From NCBI GenBank assembly GCA_017525505.1, contig JAFXSR010000012.1, positions 234,502 to 298,501 of the forward strand: a stretch of DNA of 64,000 nucleotides. The letters run 5' to 3'. The notes under the pieces were generated by a model. It saw only the letters and a program-made list of their open reading frames with translations. It searched no databases and had not been told where the DNA came from. This document shows positions 10,101 through 19,359 of the stretch, piece after piece (positions within the stretch are counted from its first letter, which is position 1; each line of letters starts with the position of its first letter). A program made the translations under genes and the position numbers. The DNA is from Bacteroidales bacterium (GTDB taxonomy: Bacteria; Bacteroidota; Bacteroidia; Bacteroidales; WCHB1-69).

Positions 10101-12910
10101 ACGATTCTATTCCTACTAATTTGAGCGCTTTCACCAATGATGCGAACTACATCACGATGGATTCCGTTTCTGCGTACGTGAACGATGCTACCCTCACCAT
10201 TCAGCAGAACGGAAGCGAGCTGGGAACCTTCACCGCCAACCAGAGTGCCAACCAGACCGTGAACATTACCACGCTTACTATCGATGATGTACAGGCCATG
10301 ATAAACAGTAGTCTTGGTACAGTGCGGCATCGGATAGACAGCATGCAGAATGCTCTCGACGACGTGTACTTCGTGTGCGGTACTTCTATGGTAAAGGATT
10401 ATGATGGCAACCAGTATGCTACCGTAAAAATTGGCAGTCAGTGCTGGCTGAAGGAGAATCTCCGTAGCACCCATTACAGCAACGGTGCCGAAGTGACAAA
10501 CTATTACCATGCGAATGATGACGAGGGTAACGATGAAACTTACGGGCTTTTGTACAACTGGAACACGACGGTGAATGGTGCCGCTGCCTCCGATGCCAAT
10601 CCGAGCGGCGTGCAGGGCATCTGCCCCACGGGATGGCATGTGCCCAGCCATGCTGAGTGGACACAAATGATGAATTATGTGAAAAGTCAAAGCATGTATC
10701 ACTGTGATGCGGATCCAGATAAAATAGGCAAGGCGTTGGCTGCCACCACGGGATGGGATTGGTCTGGTTCCGCTTGTCGGGTCGGTAATGATCTGAGCAG
10801 TAATAATGCTTCAGGTTTCAGTGCATTACCTGCAGGTAGGTATTTGAATCAAGTGTATAATAGTTTCGGGGAAGGGGCCATGTTTTGGACGAGTTCACTT
10901 GAATCCTCTCCGTCACGCAGAAGGATGTTCACCATACTTTATAATCAGGCGGATGTTCAGAATGATGAAGGTACACCTTATACCAATTGTTTTTCCGTCC
11001 GCTGTGTCCGCGACAATAGTTCTATGCTGGATCAGCTGGAAGGTCGATTCGAGGAGCAGCAGCATCTGACCGATAGCCTGCAAGACGCCCTTAACGATGT
11101 GGCATTTGTATGTGGTTATTCTAAGTTGAAAGACTATGATGGCAACCGGTACGCAACTGTGAAGATTGGCGTCCAGTGCTGGATGAAAGAAAATATCCGC
11201 AGCACGCATTACAGCGATGGAACAGAAGTGGGGGACTACTCTCATGTGAATGGCTCTTCCAGTAATGATGCCACCTTAGGCCTCCTATATTCATGGTCTG
11301 TCGCATTGAATGGCGGTAATTTCTCCAATACTAATCCGAGTGGTGTGCAGGGTATTTGCCCCACGGGCTGGCATGTGCCGAGTAAGGCCGAATGGGAGCA
11401 ACTTAAAAACTATTTGGGCAGCCATAGCCAATTTGTGTGTGGTGGTAATATTACGAAAATTGCCAAAGCATTGGCTGATACTATAGGGTGGAACGAAAGT
11501 GAAGATGCTTGTGATGCGGGTAACGATCAAGGCAGCAATAATGCTACCGGTTTTACTGCGCATTCTACAAATGGCACTTATGCCGATTTTTGGAGTTCTA
11601 CTAGTTATAGTGAAGATGCGGTATATGAATATTACCTCAGTGCTTATGATGAGAGATTAATGTACGGTGGTTCGGGAGCTAGCAACTATTCTGTACGTTG
11701 TGTGAAAGATCAACTCTCTGTGGATGATCGATTGATGGATCTCCAGGATCAGCTGGATAGCCTGAATAATTATATGACAGAGCAACTAGACAGCTTGAAC
11801 AATAGTATGAACAATCAGTTAGACAGCCTGAATAACCAGTTGACAGAGCAACAGGAACTGTTGGATCTGATGCTTCCATGCTATATGGTACCTTCTTCTG
11901 GTTCTAAGACATTAATTATTCCAGAAGTAACACATGTGGATGTATATGACAAGGGAGGTCCTAATGGCGATTACCTTGATAATTGGAATGGATCGCTTAC
12001 TCTTGTCTCTCGTCCTAATAGTATGTTCAAGATTACAGGAACGTATGCAACAGAGTTAAATTACGATTATTTGTATATATATAATGGTGCCACCGTTCAG
12101 GATAATAATCTCATCATTTCCTATTCTGGTGCCGGTTCTATCTCCGAGGCAATATATACCACTGGCGACACCGTCACCATACGGTTTAGGTCTGACGGAG
12201 GTATCACAGGTGCCGGTTTCTCCTTGAGTATTGATGTGGTAGAGAAAAGCTGTGGTGGAAGTGTCAAGGCAACGGATGTTCAAGGCAACCGCTACAGCAC
12301 CGTGGCAATTGGCGAGCAATGCTGGTTGCAAGAAAACTTGCGCTCCACTAAATACGCTAACGGTGAACAAGTCACTCTGGGTGCAGGCGAAGGCTATCGA
12401 TGCTTCTATCCGAATAATGATGCTGGCAATGTCGCCACATACGGTTACTTGTATAACCGGGCAGCAGTGATGCATGGAAGCGTCTCCTCTTCGGCTAATC
12501 CGAGTGGCGTCAGAGGTCTTTGTCCCGCAGGATGGCATGTTCCGAGCGATGTCGAGTGGACTCAGCTTACCGATTATGTGAGGAATCAGAGCGGATTTTT
12601 GTGCAACAGTGATGAAAATAATATCGCCAAGGCTCTGTCCTCTGCTACTGGGTGGGCGTCCAGTCCTGCCGAATGTAATGTGGGTAACGATATGGGCAGC
12701 AACAATGTTACGGGTTTCAATGCGCTTCCGGCGGGTTCATATTCCAGCAGTGCCAGCGAGTTTGGTCAGTACGCTAATTTCTGGACTGCTACTGAGTCTA
12801 ATGTCAGCGATTATGCGAAGCTCCGTTACATTTATAACGCTGACTCCGAAGTGAGTAACTTCGAAGAGGATAAGGGCTATGCTTATTCTGTGCGTTGTGT
12901 TCGCGATTAG
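7136..12910 (+). CDS. Large exported fibre-like protein with collagen-like repeats, four Fib_succ_major (FISUMP) domains and a CUB-like domain
   Basis: Signal peptide; G-X-Y repeats; four copies of DxxGNxYxTVxIGxQCW...GxCPxGWHVPS...SVRC; CUB-like TELNYDYLYIYNG...IRFRSDGGITGAGF. Confidence 0.85.
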   Translation: MRKVLLLLVMVFAVAMLWAQTPQKMTYQAVVRNANNSLVVNQNVRVRISILQGSESGSPVYVETHEPSTNANGLMTVEVGDGSVVSGVFTDINWANGPYYLKSEIDPTGGFNYNITGVQELLSVPYALYASQAGNVPAFAVIPTDTGYVISITQAGSTPQAFFLRQGTPGPQGPQGEPGNNGADGNGIASIAKTGEVGNVDTYTITFTNGSTSTFTVTNGVNGTNGQNGQNGQDGVSPIVTTLTAGDSTTVTITDANGPHSFVLHNGQNGVDGADGINGTNGTNGQDGFSPIVTTITAGDSTTVTITDANGPHSFVLRNGQNGINGTSGTNGQDGFSPIVMTTTAGDSTTVTITDANGPHSFVLHNGQNGVDGADGINGTNGTNGQDGFSPIVTTFTAGDSTTVTITDANGSHSFVLHNGQNGVDGADGINGTNGQDGFSPIVTTTTAGDSTTVTITDANGPHSFVLHNGQNGVDGVDGINGTNGTNGIDGNGIVYIVKTGADYLVDTYTITYTNGSTSTFTVTNGAPGAQGPQGDPGTSGSNGNDGRGIVSIAKTGETGNVDTYTITYTDATTSTFTITNGEDGEDGVSPIVTAAASGSNVIITVTDGTGSHEYVIPTTSGEMTQLPANWTEENSSSPQYIMNKPTLAPVATSGSYNDLSNKPEFPAVPTEVSAFNNDAGYLTSDSLADLNNQQVQMQHLIDSLSQVIDDLQFVCGAEVQDVDGNIYHTVKIGNQCWMRENMKTTRFSDGTAIQQGAGVSSVNAYWYYPNGNSANKEAYGLLYNWPAVMNSAASSDANPSGVQGLCPKGWHVPSTAEWTQLTEYVGGQSQYLCNSISNNIAKSLAATTAWINHANECAVGNDVSANNATGFSAMPSGAYYSGNMDFNRGSYFYCATESNAGSAYVYTISHSEATVSNYAFNKIGGFSVRCMRSAASQVSIPSSEINLHDSLATVAFTGNYEDMTGTPEIPTVPTVISAFTNDAGYITNDSIPTNLSAFTNDANYITMDSVSAYVNDATLTIQQNGSELGTFTANQSANQTVNITTLTIDDVQAMINSSLGTVRHRIDSMQNALDDVYFVCGTSMVKDYDGNQYATVKIGSQCWLKENLRSTHYSNGAEVTNYYHANDDEGNDETYGLLYNWNTTVNGAAASDANPSGVQGICPTGWHVPSHAEWTQMMNYVKSQSMYHCDADPDKIGKALAATTGWDWSGSACRVGNDLSSNNASGFSALPAGRYLNQVYNSFGEGAMFWTSSLESSPSRRRMFTILYNQADVQNDEGTPYTNCFSVRCVRDNSSMLDQLEGRFEEQQHLTDSLQDALNDVAFVCGYSKLKDYDGNRYATVKIGVQCWMKENIRSTHYSDGTEVGDYSHVNGSSSNDATLGLLYSWSVALNGGNFSNTNPSGVQGICPTGWHVPSKAEWEQLKNYLGSHSQFVCGGNITKIAKALADTIGWNESEDACDAGNDQGSNNATGFTAHSTNGTYADFWSSTSYSEDAVYEYYLSAYDERLMYGGSGASNYSVRCVKDQLSVDDRLMDLQDQLDSLNNYMTEQLDSLNNSMNNQLDSLNNQLTEQQELLDLMLPCYMVPSSGSKTLIIPEVTHVDVYDKGGPNGDYLDNWNGSLTLVSRPNSMFKITGTYATELNYDYLYIYNGATVQDNNLIISYSGAGSISEAIYTTGDTVTIRFRSDGGITGAGFSLSIDVVEKSCGGSVKATDVQGNRYSTVAIGEQCWLQENLRSTKYANGEQVTLGAGEGYRCFYPNNDAGNVATYGYLYNRAAVMHGSVSSSANPSGVRGLCPAGWHVPSDVEWTQLTDYVRNQSGFLCNSDENNIAKALSSATGWASSPAECNVGNDMGSNNVTGFNALPAGSYSSSASEFGQYANFWTATESNVSDYAKLRYIYNADSEVSNFEEDKGYAYSVRCVRD
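7829..8597 (+). repeat. Five intragenic tandem repeats of 141-159 bp
   Basis: Units start at about 7829, 7988, 8129, 8288 and 8438; each encodes GQDGxSPIVxTxTAGDSTTVTITDANGxHSFVLxNGQNG plus a variable number of G-X-Y triplets. Confidence 0.9.
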
Positions 12911-12936
12911 ACAGTGAATATTGGATAATGAATAGT

Positions 12937-12967
12937 TAAGGGAGGGTCGCAAGGCTCTCCCTTTTTT
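12937..12967 (+). terminator. Intrinsic terminator
   Basis: AAGGGAGGGTC-GCAA-GGCTCTCCCTT followed by a T run. Confidence 0.85.
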
Positions 12968-13216
12968 AGTGGTCAGTGGTCAGGTGTTAGGTGATGTCCA
13001 TTGTCGGGCGTGTCTAGCATCTCGTTTTGAAGTGCCTGATGATATCCTGGAACACTTCCATTCCGTTTTGTATGACTTCTTTTGGTGACAAAAATACGAA
13101 AATATTCCGAATAATTTACTATTAATTATCAAAAGAATTAAATGTTTATTGCTAACTATTTGGTTTGCAGGGTTGAAAAATTTCTTCAAATCAGTAAAAA
13201 TATAAAACACCTGTAG

Positions 13217-13224
13217 TATCTTTG
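13217..13224 (+). promoter_or_regulatory. Bacteroidota -7 promoter element
   Basis: TATCTTTG upstream of the 13252 ORF. Confidence 0.6.
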
Positions 13225-13251
13225 CAAACAATAAAAACAAATGATTGAATT

Positions 13252-13662
13252 ATGAAAAGCAAAGAGTTAAAAGATCCGATTGCAGAGGCCCGCAGATATG
13301 TGGCCAATGCGGAAAATGTTATCCAAAATGCCAATTATGACCCGGAGCTGAAGATCTATACGGACGGGAAATACATCAAAATGGCGGGGGACACCTTGTG
13401 GAAAGGCTGTCTGATCGCGTTGGATGCGGTGCTGAACATACGCAAGGGCAAAGGTCGTCCCTCCATTGAGAAGTACAAGGAGGCGGCAGGGGAACGCGAT
13501 CGCAAACTGCTGGCTGCGATAGTGGCAGGTTACGATACCATGCATTTGTACATGGGGTATGATGGCACAAAGAATAAGAAAACTTGTGATTCAGGTTTCG
13601 AGTGTGCCAATGCGATCATCGATCGCTGTGCTATGCTATTGCCTAAAGAGGTGTTGGCATGA
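13252..13662 (+). CDS. DUF5618-like small helical protein
   Basis: EARRYVANA...KYIKMAGDTLWKGCLIALD...YDTMHLYMGYDG resembles the DUF5618 family as recalled; has its own promoter. Confidence 0.6.
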   Translation: MKSKELKDPIAEARRYVANAENVIQNANYDPELKIYTDGKYIKMAGDTLWKGCLIALDAVLNIRKGKGRPSIEKYKEAAGERDRKLLAAIVAGYDTMHLYMGYDGTKNKKTCDSGFECANAIIDRCAMLLPKEVLA

Positions 13663-13669
13663 AATAATA

Positions 13670-13784
13670 CGATTGCGGGATGCAATCGCTTACATGTTGC
13701 CATCTGCGTCTCGCAGATGGTGTCATTATTTTTGTGCCAGTGAGAAGCGGTTGCATACATCATCGAACCTGCGAGGACGCAGGT
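13670..13784. repeat. Cluster of REP-like palindromes
   Basis: Hairpins CGATTGC/GCAATCG (13670-13688), GCCATCTGCG/CGCAGATGGT (13699-13721) and ACCTGCG/CGCAGGT (13767-13784). Confidence 0.65.
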
Positions 13785-13793
13785 GCCTACATC

Positions 13794-13823
13794 AAAAAAA
13801 GCCCGCAAACGCGGGCGTTTTTG
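13794..13823. terminator. Bidirectional intrinsic terminator
   Basis: AAAAAAA-GCCCGC-AAAC-GCGGGC-GTTTTT between convergent genes. Confidence 0.8.
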
Positions 13824-13860
13824 CAATATAGAAGGGGCGAACAATCATTCGCCCATCCGA

Positions 13861-14412
13861 TTACAGAGTGTGGTAAGGTTTCAGCAAACCTTTGCCGATT
13901 TCCACTGCTTCCTCGTTCTTGGGAATGAGGTGGTGGTGGCGTTCGGGCAGAGATTTTTCCAAACCTTTGTGCAGCATTTCGGGGGTTACCAGGGGTTTCA
14001 CCTTGAGGAAACCGCCCAGCACAATCATGTTGAACAGTTTGGAAATACCCAGTTCGCTGGCTTTGTCGGCAGCGGCCACCTGATAGATGTTGATGTCTTT
14101 GCGGGTGGGGTGGTGGGTGATACCGTTCGGGTCATAAATCAACAGACCACCGGGTTTTACTGAGCTTTCGAACTTGTCCATGGACTGCTGGTTCAGGATG
14201 ATGGCAGTGTCGAACTGGTTCAGATAAGGAGAGCAGATACGCTCGTCGCTCAAAATCACCGTTACGTTAGAAGTACCACCACGCATTTCAGGTCCGTAGG
14301 AGGGAAGCCAGCTGACTTCCTTGTCTTGCATAATGCCGGCGTAAGCCAAGATTTTACCCATTGAGAGTACACCTTGACCGCCGAAGCCTGCTATAATAAT
14401 TTCTTCTGTCAT
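13861..14412 (-). CDS. 2-oxoacid:ferredoxin oxidoreductase gamma subunit
   Basis: AGFGGQGVLSMG and PSYGPEMRGGTS. Confidence 0.95.
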   Translation of the reverse strand: MTEEIIIAGFGGQGVLSMGKILAYAGIMQDKEVSWLPSYGPEMRGGTSNVTVILSDERICSPYLNQFDTAIILNQQSMDKFESSVKPGGLLIYDPNGITHHPTRKDINIYQVAAADKASELGISKLFNMIVLGGFLKVKPLVTPEMLHKGLEKSLPERHHHLIPKNEEAVEIGKGLLKPYHTL

Positions 14413-14433
14413 TGCTTTGTGAATTTAAGGTTA

Positions 14434-15276
14434 TTATTTTTTTCTCAATGAATAAAGGGTTTCATTGGGTTGGTCGAAGGTGGCGATGCGCTCGATGAAC
14501 TTGGGATCGAATTTGCCATCCACTTTCATATCGCCCAGCGGGAAGTATTTCAAGGTATTTTCTTCCATCCACTTGTTGGCCTGAACAGCGGTCATCTTCC
14601 AGCCGGAGTTACAGTTGGAGGTAACTTCCACGAAGGAAACGCCCTTGTTGAGTTTCTGGTTCTCGAAGGCCTGGCGGATAGCTTTTTTGCACTTGCGGGC
14701 CAAAGCGGGAGTATAAACGGCCTGACGGGTCACGTAGTAAGTGCCGGGCAGCTGGGCCAATGCTTCGGTCAGACGCATGGTGTGTCCCATGATTTCGGGG
14801 TCACGGCCGTAGGGGCAGGTCACGGTTTCCATACCCTCGAGGGTGGTGGGAGCCATCTGGCCGCCGGTCATACCGTAGATACCGTTGTTGATGAAAATCA
14901 TGGTGATGTTTTCGCCACGGTTGCAGGCGTGCATAACTTCGGCGCAGCCGATAGAGGCCAAGTCACCGTCGCCCTGGTATGAGAACACGAAGGTTTCGGG
15001 GCGCAAGCGCTTGATAGCGGAGGCGCAGGCGGGAGCGCGTCCGTGGGCGGCTTCCACGAAGTCAACATCAAAATAATTGTAAGCCAGAACAGAGCAGCCT
15101 ACCGGTGAGATACCGATGACATTGTCCTGAATGCCCATTTCCTCGATTACCTCGGCGATGATTCTGTGAACAGTGCCGTGTCCGCAGCCTGGGCAGTAGT
15201 GCATGGTGGCATCCTTCAAAACAGAGGTGCGCTTGTACACTAAGTTTTCGGGTTTGATAATATCTTCTCTTGTCAT
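14434..15276 (-). CDS. 2-oxoacid:ferredoxin oxidoreductase beta (TPP-binding) subunit
   Basis: YCPGCGHG, GDGD and NNGIYGMTGGQ. Confidence 0.95.
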   Translation of the reverse strand: MTREDIIKPENLVYKRTSVLKDATMHYCPGCGHGTVHRIIAEVIEEMGIQDNVIGISPVGCSVLAYNYFDVDFVEAAHGRAPACASAIKRLRPETFVFSYQGDGDLASIGCAEVMHACNRGENITMIFINNGIYGMTGGQMAPTTLEGMETVTCPYGRDPEIMGHTMRLTEALAQLPGTYYVTRQAVYTPALARKCKKAIRQAFENQKLNKGVSFVEVTSNCNSGWKMTAVQANKWMEENTLKYFPLGDMKVDGKFDPKFIERIATFDQPNETLYSLRKK

Positions 15277-15295
15277 AATTTCAATGCTAATTAAA

Positions 15296-16375
15296 TTATT
15301 TTACCATTTTTTTCAAAGCTTCGAAAATCTCAACCGGGGTTGGGATGACACCGCCGTAGCGGCCATAATGCTCAACGGGAACGTTGCAATTCACTGCCAG
15401 TTTCACGTCTTCGATCATCTGACCGGCGTTCATTTCAACGCTGAGGATTTTCTTCATGCGGCCACCGATTTCAGCCACAGCTTTGGTCGGGAAGGGCCAC
15501 AGGGTGATAGGACGCACCAAACCGACTTTGATGCCTTCGGCGCGTGCCAGTTCCATAGCTTTCATACAGATACGCGCGGCGGAACCGTAAGCTACGAACA
15601 GGTATTCAGCGTCGTCGCACTGGATAGCTTCGTGACGGGCGTCTTCTTCTTCGCATTTTCTGTATTTGGCCTGGATTCTCTCGTTGATAGCCTCTTGTTT
15701 CAGAGCTTCGAGTTCAAGAGAAGTGACAATAGTGCTCTTGCCGCCTGCGCGATGACCGGTAGCGGCCCATGGGCAATGTTCTTCGATATATTCGTTGGTC
15801 CAGCGTGGTTTGTAGTCGTCAACCATGACTTTTTCCATCACCTGACCGATCACACCGTCAGAGAGGATAGCGGCGGGGTTTCTGTATTTGAAAGCCAAGT
15901 CGAAACCGAGTTCCACGAAGTCGTACATTTCCTGAACAGAAGCGGGAGCCAAGGTGATCAGTCTGTAGTCACCGTGACCGCCACCCTTGGTGGTCTGGAA
16001 ATAGTCGGACTGTGAAGGCTGGATGGTACCGAGGCCTGGGCCGCCACGAACAACGTTGACACACAGTGCGGGCAGCTCAGCGCCAGCAATGTATGACAGG
16101 CCTTCCTGCATCAGGGAGAAACCAGGTGAGGAAGATGAGGTCATAACGCGTTTACCAGTGGATGCGCCGGCGTAAACCATGTTGATAGAGGCCAGCTCGC
16201 TTTCGGCTTGAAGCACAACCATGCCGGTTGTCAGATATGGTCTTTCAGCCATCAGGTGTTCGAGAACCTCACTCTGCGGAGTGATAGGATATCCGAAATA
16301 ACCGTCGCAGCCCATGCGGATGGCTGCTTCAGCAATGGCTTGATTACCCTTCATTAATTTTAATTCTTTTGCCAT
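15296..16375 (-). CDS. 2-oxoacid:ferredoxin oxidoreductase alpha subunit (VorB-like)
   Basis: GYPITPQSE, QAESE, SSSPGFSLMQE, RGGPGLG. Confidence 0.95.
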   Translation of the reverse strand: MAKELKLMKGNQAIAEAAIRMGCDGYFGYPITPQSEVLEHLMAERPYLTTGMVVLQAESELASINMVYAGASTGKRVMTSSSSPGFSLMQEGLSYIAGAELPALCVNVVRGGPGLGTIQPSQSDYFQTTKGGGHGDYRLITLAPASVQEMYDFVELGFDLAFKYRNPAAILSDGVIGQVMEKVMVDDYKPRWTNEYIEEHCPWAATGHRAGGKSTIVTSLELEALKQEAINERIQAKYRKCEEEDARHEAIQCDDAEYLFVAYGSAARICMKAMELARAEGIKVGLVRPITLWPFPTKAVAEIGGRMKKILSVEMNAGQMIEDVKLAVNCNVPVEHYGRYGGVIPTPVEIFEALKKMVK

Positions 16376-16428
16376 TTTGTAATTTGTTTAGTTGTTAATT
16401 GTTTTGTTTTTCTTGCTTCTGACCGCGG

Positions 16429-16656
16429 TTACTCTTTGGCGCGGTAAACTTCGATAACGCCGTCGGGGCAGATGACCGCACAGTTGGCGCAGCCAATACA
16501 CGCGTCGGCATTGACAACCTCAAGGTAGTTGTAACCTTTTGCATTTACTTTCTTTGAAAGTGCAATACATGCGGGGTTCTGTGGACATCCTGTGATGCAC
16601 ACTTCGCAACCTTTACACTTTTCAGTGTTGATGACTAATGCTCCTTTAAATGCCAT
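16429..16656 (-). CDS. 2[4Fe-4S] ferredoxin (oxidoreductase delta subunit)
   Basis: Two CxxCxxCxxxCP motifs; first gene of the operon. Confidence 0.93.
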   Translation of the reverse strand: MAFKGALVINTEKCKGCEVCITGCPQNPACIALSKKVNAKGYNYLEVVNADACIGCANCAVICPDGVIEVYRAKE

Positions 16657-16787
16657 AATTTTAATTTTTTATGTGTTAGTAATTTTGGTTAAAATGTCCT
16701 TTTTTATAAGTTCAAAAAAAGCATACGAAAATACGAAAAATTTCCTTACCTACAGCGTTTTTCAGAATATTTTTTTTCCTTGCCTTT

Positions 16788-17996
16788 TCAGAGCTCTGCT
16801 TTTGTTTTGTTTTCTTTGGTCTCCAATTGGAGTTTCACATCATTCAAAACATTCATAAAGTTGATAAATGCTTGATAGGGAGATGGATATACGTCGAAAT
16901 TCCGTCGTACGCTGTCATGGGCAAACCACTTGGTGCTCATGAAGTTGAAGTGGTCGGCGGCCTGCAACTGCAGCCAGCTTTCCTTGGCGACCTTGTTTTT
17001 AGACTTCTTATACAGGCTTTCCAATTTGAATAATTGGTTGAAAGCTTCCTGCTGCAGGTCGTTGCCCAGCCATTCGGCGGTGTCTTTTTCATCACCTGAA
17101 TAGGAGATGGGCCAGGGGGCATGCATGGTGGAGCAGGGAACCTTCATGGCGGTGACTTCCTTCGGGGTTATGAATTTGTATTTTTCGTTTTCAGCTAACT
17201 GTGAGAACAGTGCCTTGAAGAATTCAAAGATGCCCGTGTCGGCGGTATGGTATTCGCCAATGGTCTCATAATCGAAATAAAGATTGATGAATGGTGCGTC
17301 ATCGGGAATCTTGTTGAGGTTGTTGATGTATTTCTCAGCGGTCAGCCCCATGCCATCCCAGTCTTTCTCCTCGAAGCGCAGGGTGATGTCGTCGCACAGT
17401 CGGTAGCTTCTGAGCATCAGTTTCAGGTCGGTCTGGAAGGGGTTGCAGTACAGATAGCATGGACTCTTCCATCCCAGAATGTGACGGGCGCCTTCGGTCA
17501 GCACCACATCGTAACCGGCTTCATGTAGCCATTCGCCGATTTCGTCGGAATAGATGATTTCGGTGTTGCAGAACGAGGTGGGGCGCACTTTGAACACTTC
17601 CTTCAGCAGTTTCTCCTGCAGCTTCACTTGCTCCATGAAACAGGTTTTGTTATGCAGTGAGGCAAGGCTGTGGGTGTAGGTGTTGCCTGTGATTTCCACA
17701 TTTTTGGTGGCAATCAGTTGCTTGAAACTGTCAATTACTTCAGGACAGTACTGCTGGAACAAATGAATGGAGCTTCCCGCGATACTGAAACTTACCTTGA
17801 TCTTGTCCCCGTACTTGGCCATCAGTTCTTGCAGCATGGCGTTGGCGGGCAAATAACACCGTTCGGCCAGACGGTTGGCCAGATAGCTGTTCTGGTATTC
17901 ATCAAAATATTCATGATGTTGGTTGATGTCGAAGAATCTGTAGGTTCTCAAACGGAACGGCTGACTGATATGAAAATGGAAGCAAATATTGTGCAT
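16788..17996 (-). CDS. Glycoside hydrolase family 57 (alpha-amylase-like)
   Basis: HISQP, NTEIIYSD and DYETIGE regions typical of GH57. Confidence 0.9.
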   Translation of the reverse strand: MHNICFHFHISQPFRLRTYRFFDINQHHEYFDEYQNSYLANRLAERCYLPANAMLQELMAKYGDKIKVSFSIAGSSIHLFQQYCPEVIDSFKQLIATKNVEITGNTYTHSLASLHNKTCFMEQVKLQEKLLKEVFKVRPTSFCNTEIIYSDEIGEWLHEAGYDVVLTEGARHILGWKSPCYLYCNPFQTDLKLMLRSYRLCDDITLRFEEKDWDGMGLTAEKYINNLNKIPDDAPFINLYFDYETIGEYHTADTGIFEFFKALFSQLAENEKYKFITPKEVTAMKVPCSTMHAPWPISYSGDEKDTAEWLGNDLQQEAFNQLFKLESLYKKSKNKVAKESWLQLQAADHFNFMSTKWFAHDSVRRNFDVYPSPYQAFINFMNVLNDVKLQLETKENKTKAEL

Positions 17997-18021
17997 GGTG
18001 TTGTATTTGAAAGCGTTATTG

Positions 18022-19305
18022 TTATCTATTGATTACTTTGTCGTATATGCCTTTGAGCTTGCGGGCCACATTTTCCCATTTCAGGTTGTTGACCTCCTCT
18101 TTGCCTTTGCTGATAAAGAGTTTGGACAGGGCAGGGTAGTGGAGCAGGCCGTAGATGGCGTCGGCGGTGGCGTCAATGTCCCAGAAATCGACTTTGATGG
18201 CGTATTGCAGCACTTCGGCCACACCCGACTGTTTGGAGATGACCACTGGCACGTTGGCGCGCATGGCTTCCAGTGGTGAGATGCCGAAAGGCTCTGAGAT
18301 GGAAGGCATCACATATACATCGCTCATGCCGAACATTCGGTCGATGTCGTCACCGCGCAAGAATCCGGTGAAATGGAAACGGTCGGCAATGCCCAACTCG
18401 GCCACACGCTCAATGATGCGCGGCATCATGTCGCCGTCACCGGCCAGGACAAAGCGGACATCGGGGTCTTTCTCCAGTACTTTCCGTGCCGTCTCTACAA
18501 AATAGTCGGGTCCTTTCTGGAAAGTGACACGCCCCAGGAAAGTGACAATCTTCTCTTTGACGTTTTTGTTGCGCTCAACGACTTTGTCGGTGGGAATGAC
18601 CGCGTTGTGCAAGGTCACCACCTTGTCGGCGGGGATATGGTATTTGTCGATGACGATTTGTCGGGTAAGGTTGCTGACCGCGCAAACCATGTCGGCTTCG
18701 CTCATGCCGTATTGTTCAAGTCCATATACCGCATTGTTGATGTTTTGCTCGCCGGAGCGGTCGTACTCGGTGGCGTGGATGTGCACCACCAAAGGTTTTC
18801 CGCTTACTTTTTTGGCGGCGATACCGGCTTTGTAGGTCAGCCAGTCGTGGGCATGTATAATGTCGAACTGCTCGTTGCGGGCAATTTCGGCGGCCACCTC
18901 CGCATAGCGGTCCACCTCCTGCATGAGGTTGCTGCCATAGCGGCCGGAGAACTCGTATCTGCGCTTGCCACCGTATGTGTCGCCTGAAAGCATGCCGCTG
19001 TCCAATTGGTTGATGACATTGTAGTAATCGTCCAAACCGACGTAAGGAATCAGTCTTGAGTTGACTTGGATATACGTGGTGTCACCGCCTTGTTGGAAAA
19101 AAGCGGAGAAGCGGGGGTCCACCTCCACGTCGCTGGCGTTGATGATCTTGATCAGACTCTGGTCCTCGTCGCCAGAGGCTTTGGGCATGACGAAAGCAAC
19201 ATCCACCCCGTTGACCGCCAGTCCCTTGGTTAGGCCGTAGCAGGCTGTGCCCAAACCACCGGCGATGTGCGGGGGAAACTCCCATCCAAACATTAAAACT
19301 TTCAT
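18022..19305 (-). CDS. Glycosyltransferase family 4
   Basis: GWEFPPHIAGGLG, HAHDW, EPFGISPLEA. Confidence 0.92.
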   Translation of the reverse strand: MKVLMFGWEFPPHIAGGLGTACYGLTKGLAVNGVDVAFVMPKASGDEDQSLIKIINASDVEVDPRFSAFFQQGGDTTYIQVNSRLIPYVGLDDYYNVINQLDSGMLSGDTYGGKRRYEFSGRYGSNLMQEVDRYAEVAAEIARNEQFDIIHAHDWLTYKAGIAAKKVSGKPLVVHIHATEYDRSGEQNINNAVYGLEQYGMSEADMVCAVSNLTRQIVIDKYHIPADKVVTLHNAVIPTDKVVERNKNVKEKIVTFLGRVTFQKGPDYFVETARKVLEKDPDVRFVLAGDGDMMPRIIERVAELGIADRFHFTGFLRGDDIDRMFGMSDVYVMPSISEPFGISPLEAMRANVPVVISKQSGVAEVLQYAIKVDFWDIDATADAIYGLLHYPALSKLFISKGKEEVNNLKWENVARKLKGIYDKVINR

Positions 19306-19359
19306 CAGTATCTTTTTTTTATTTTTGTAATCGAATTGAATGTTGCAGTTGGACTGCTT

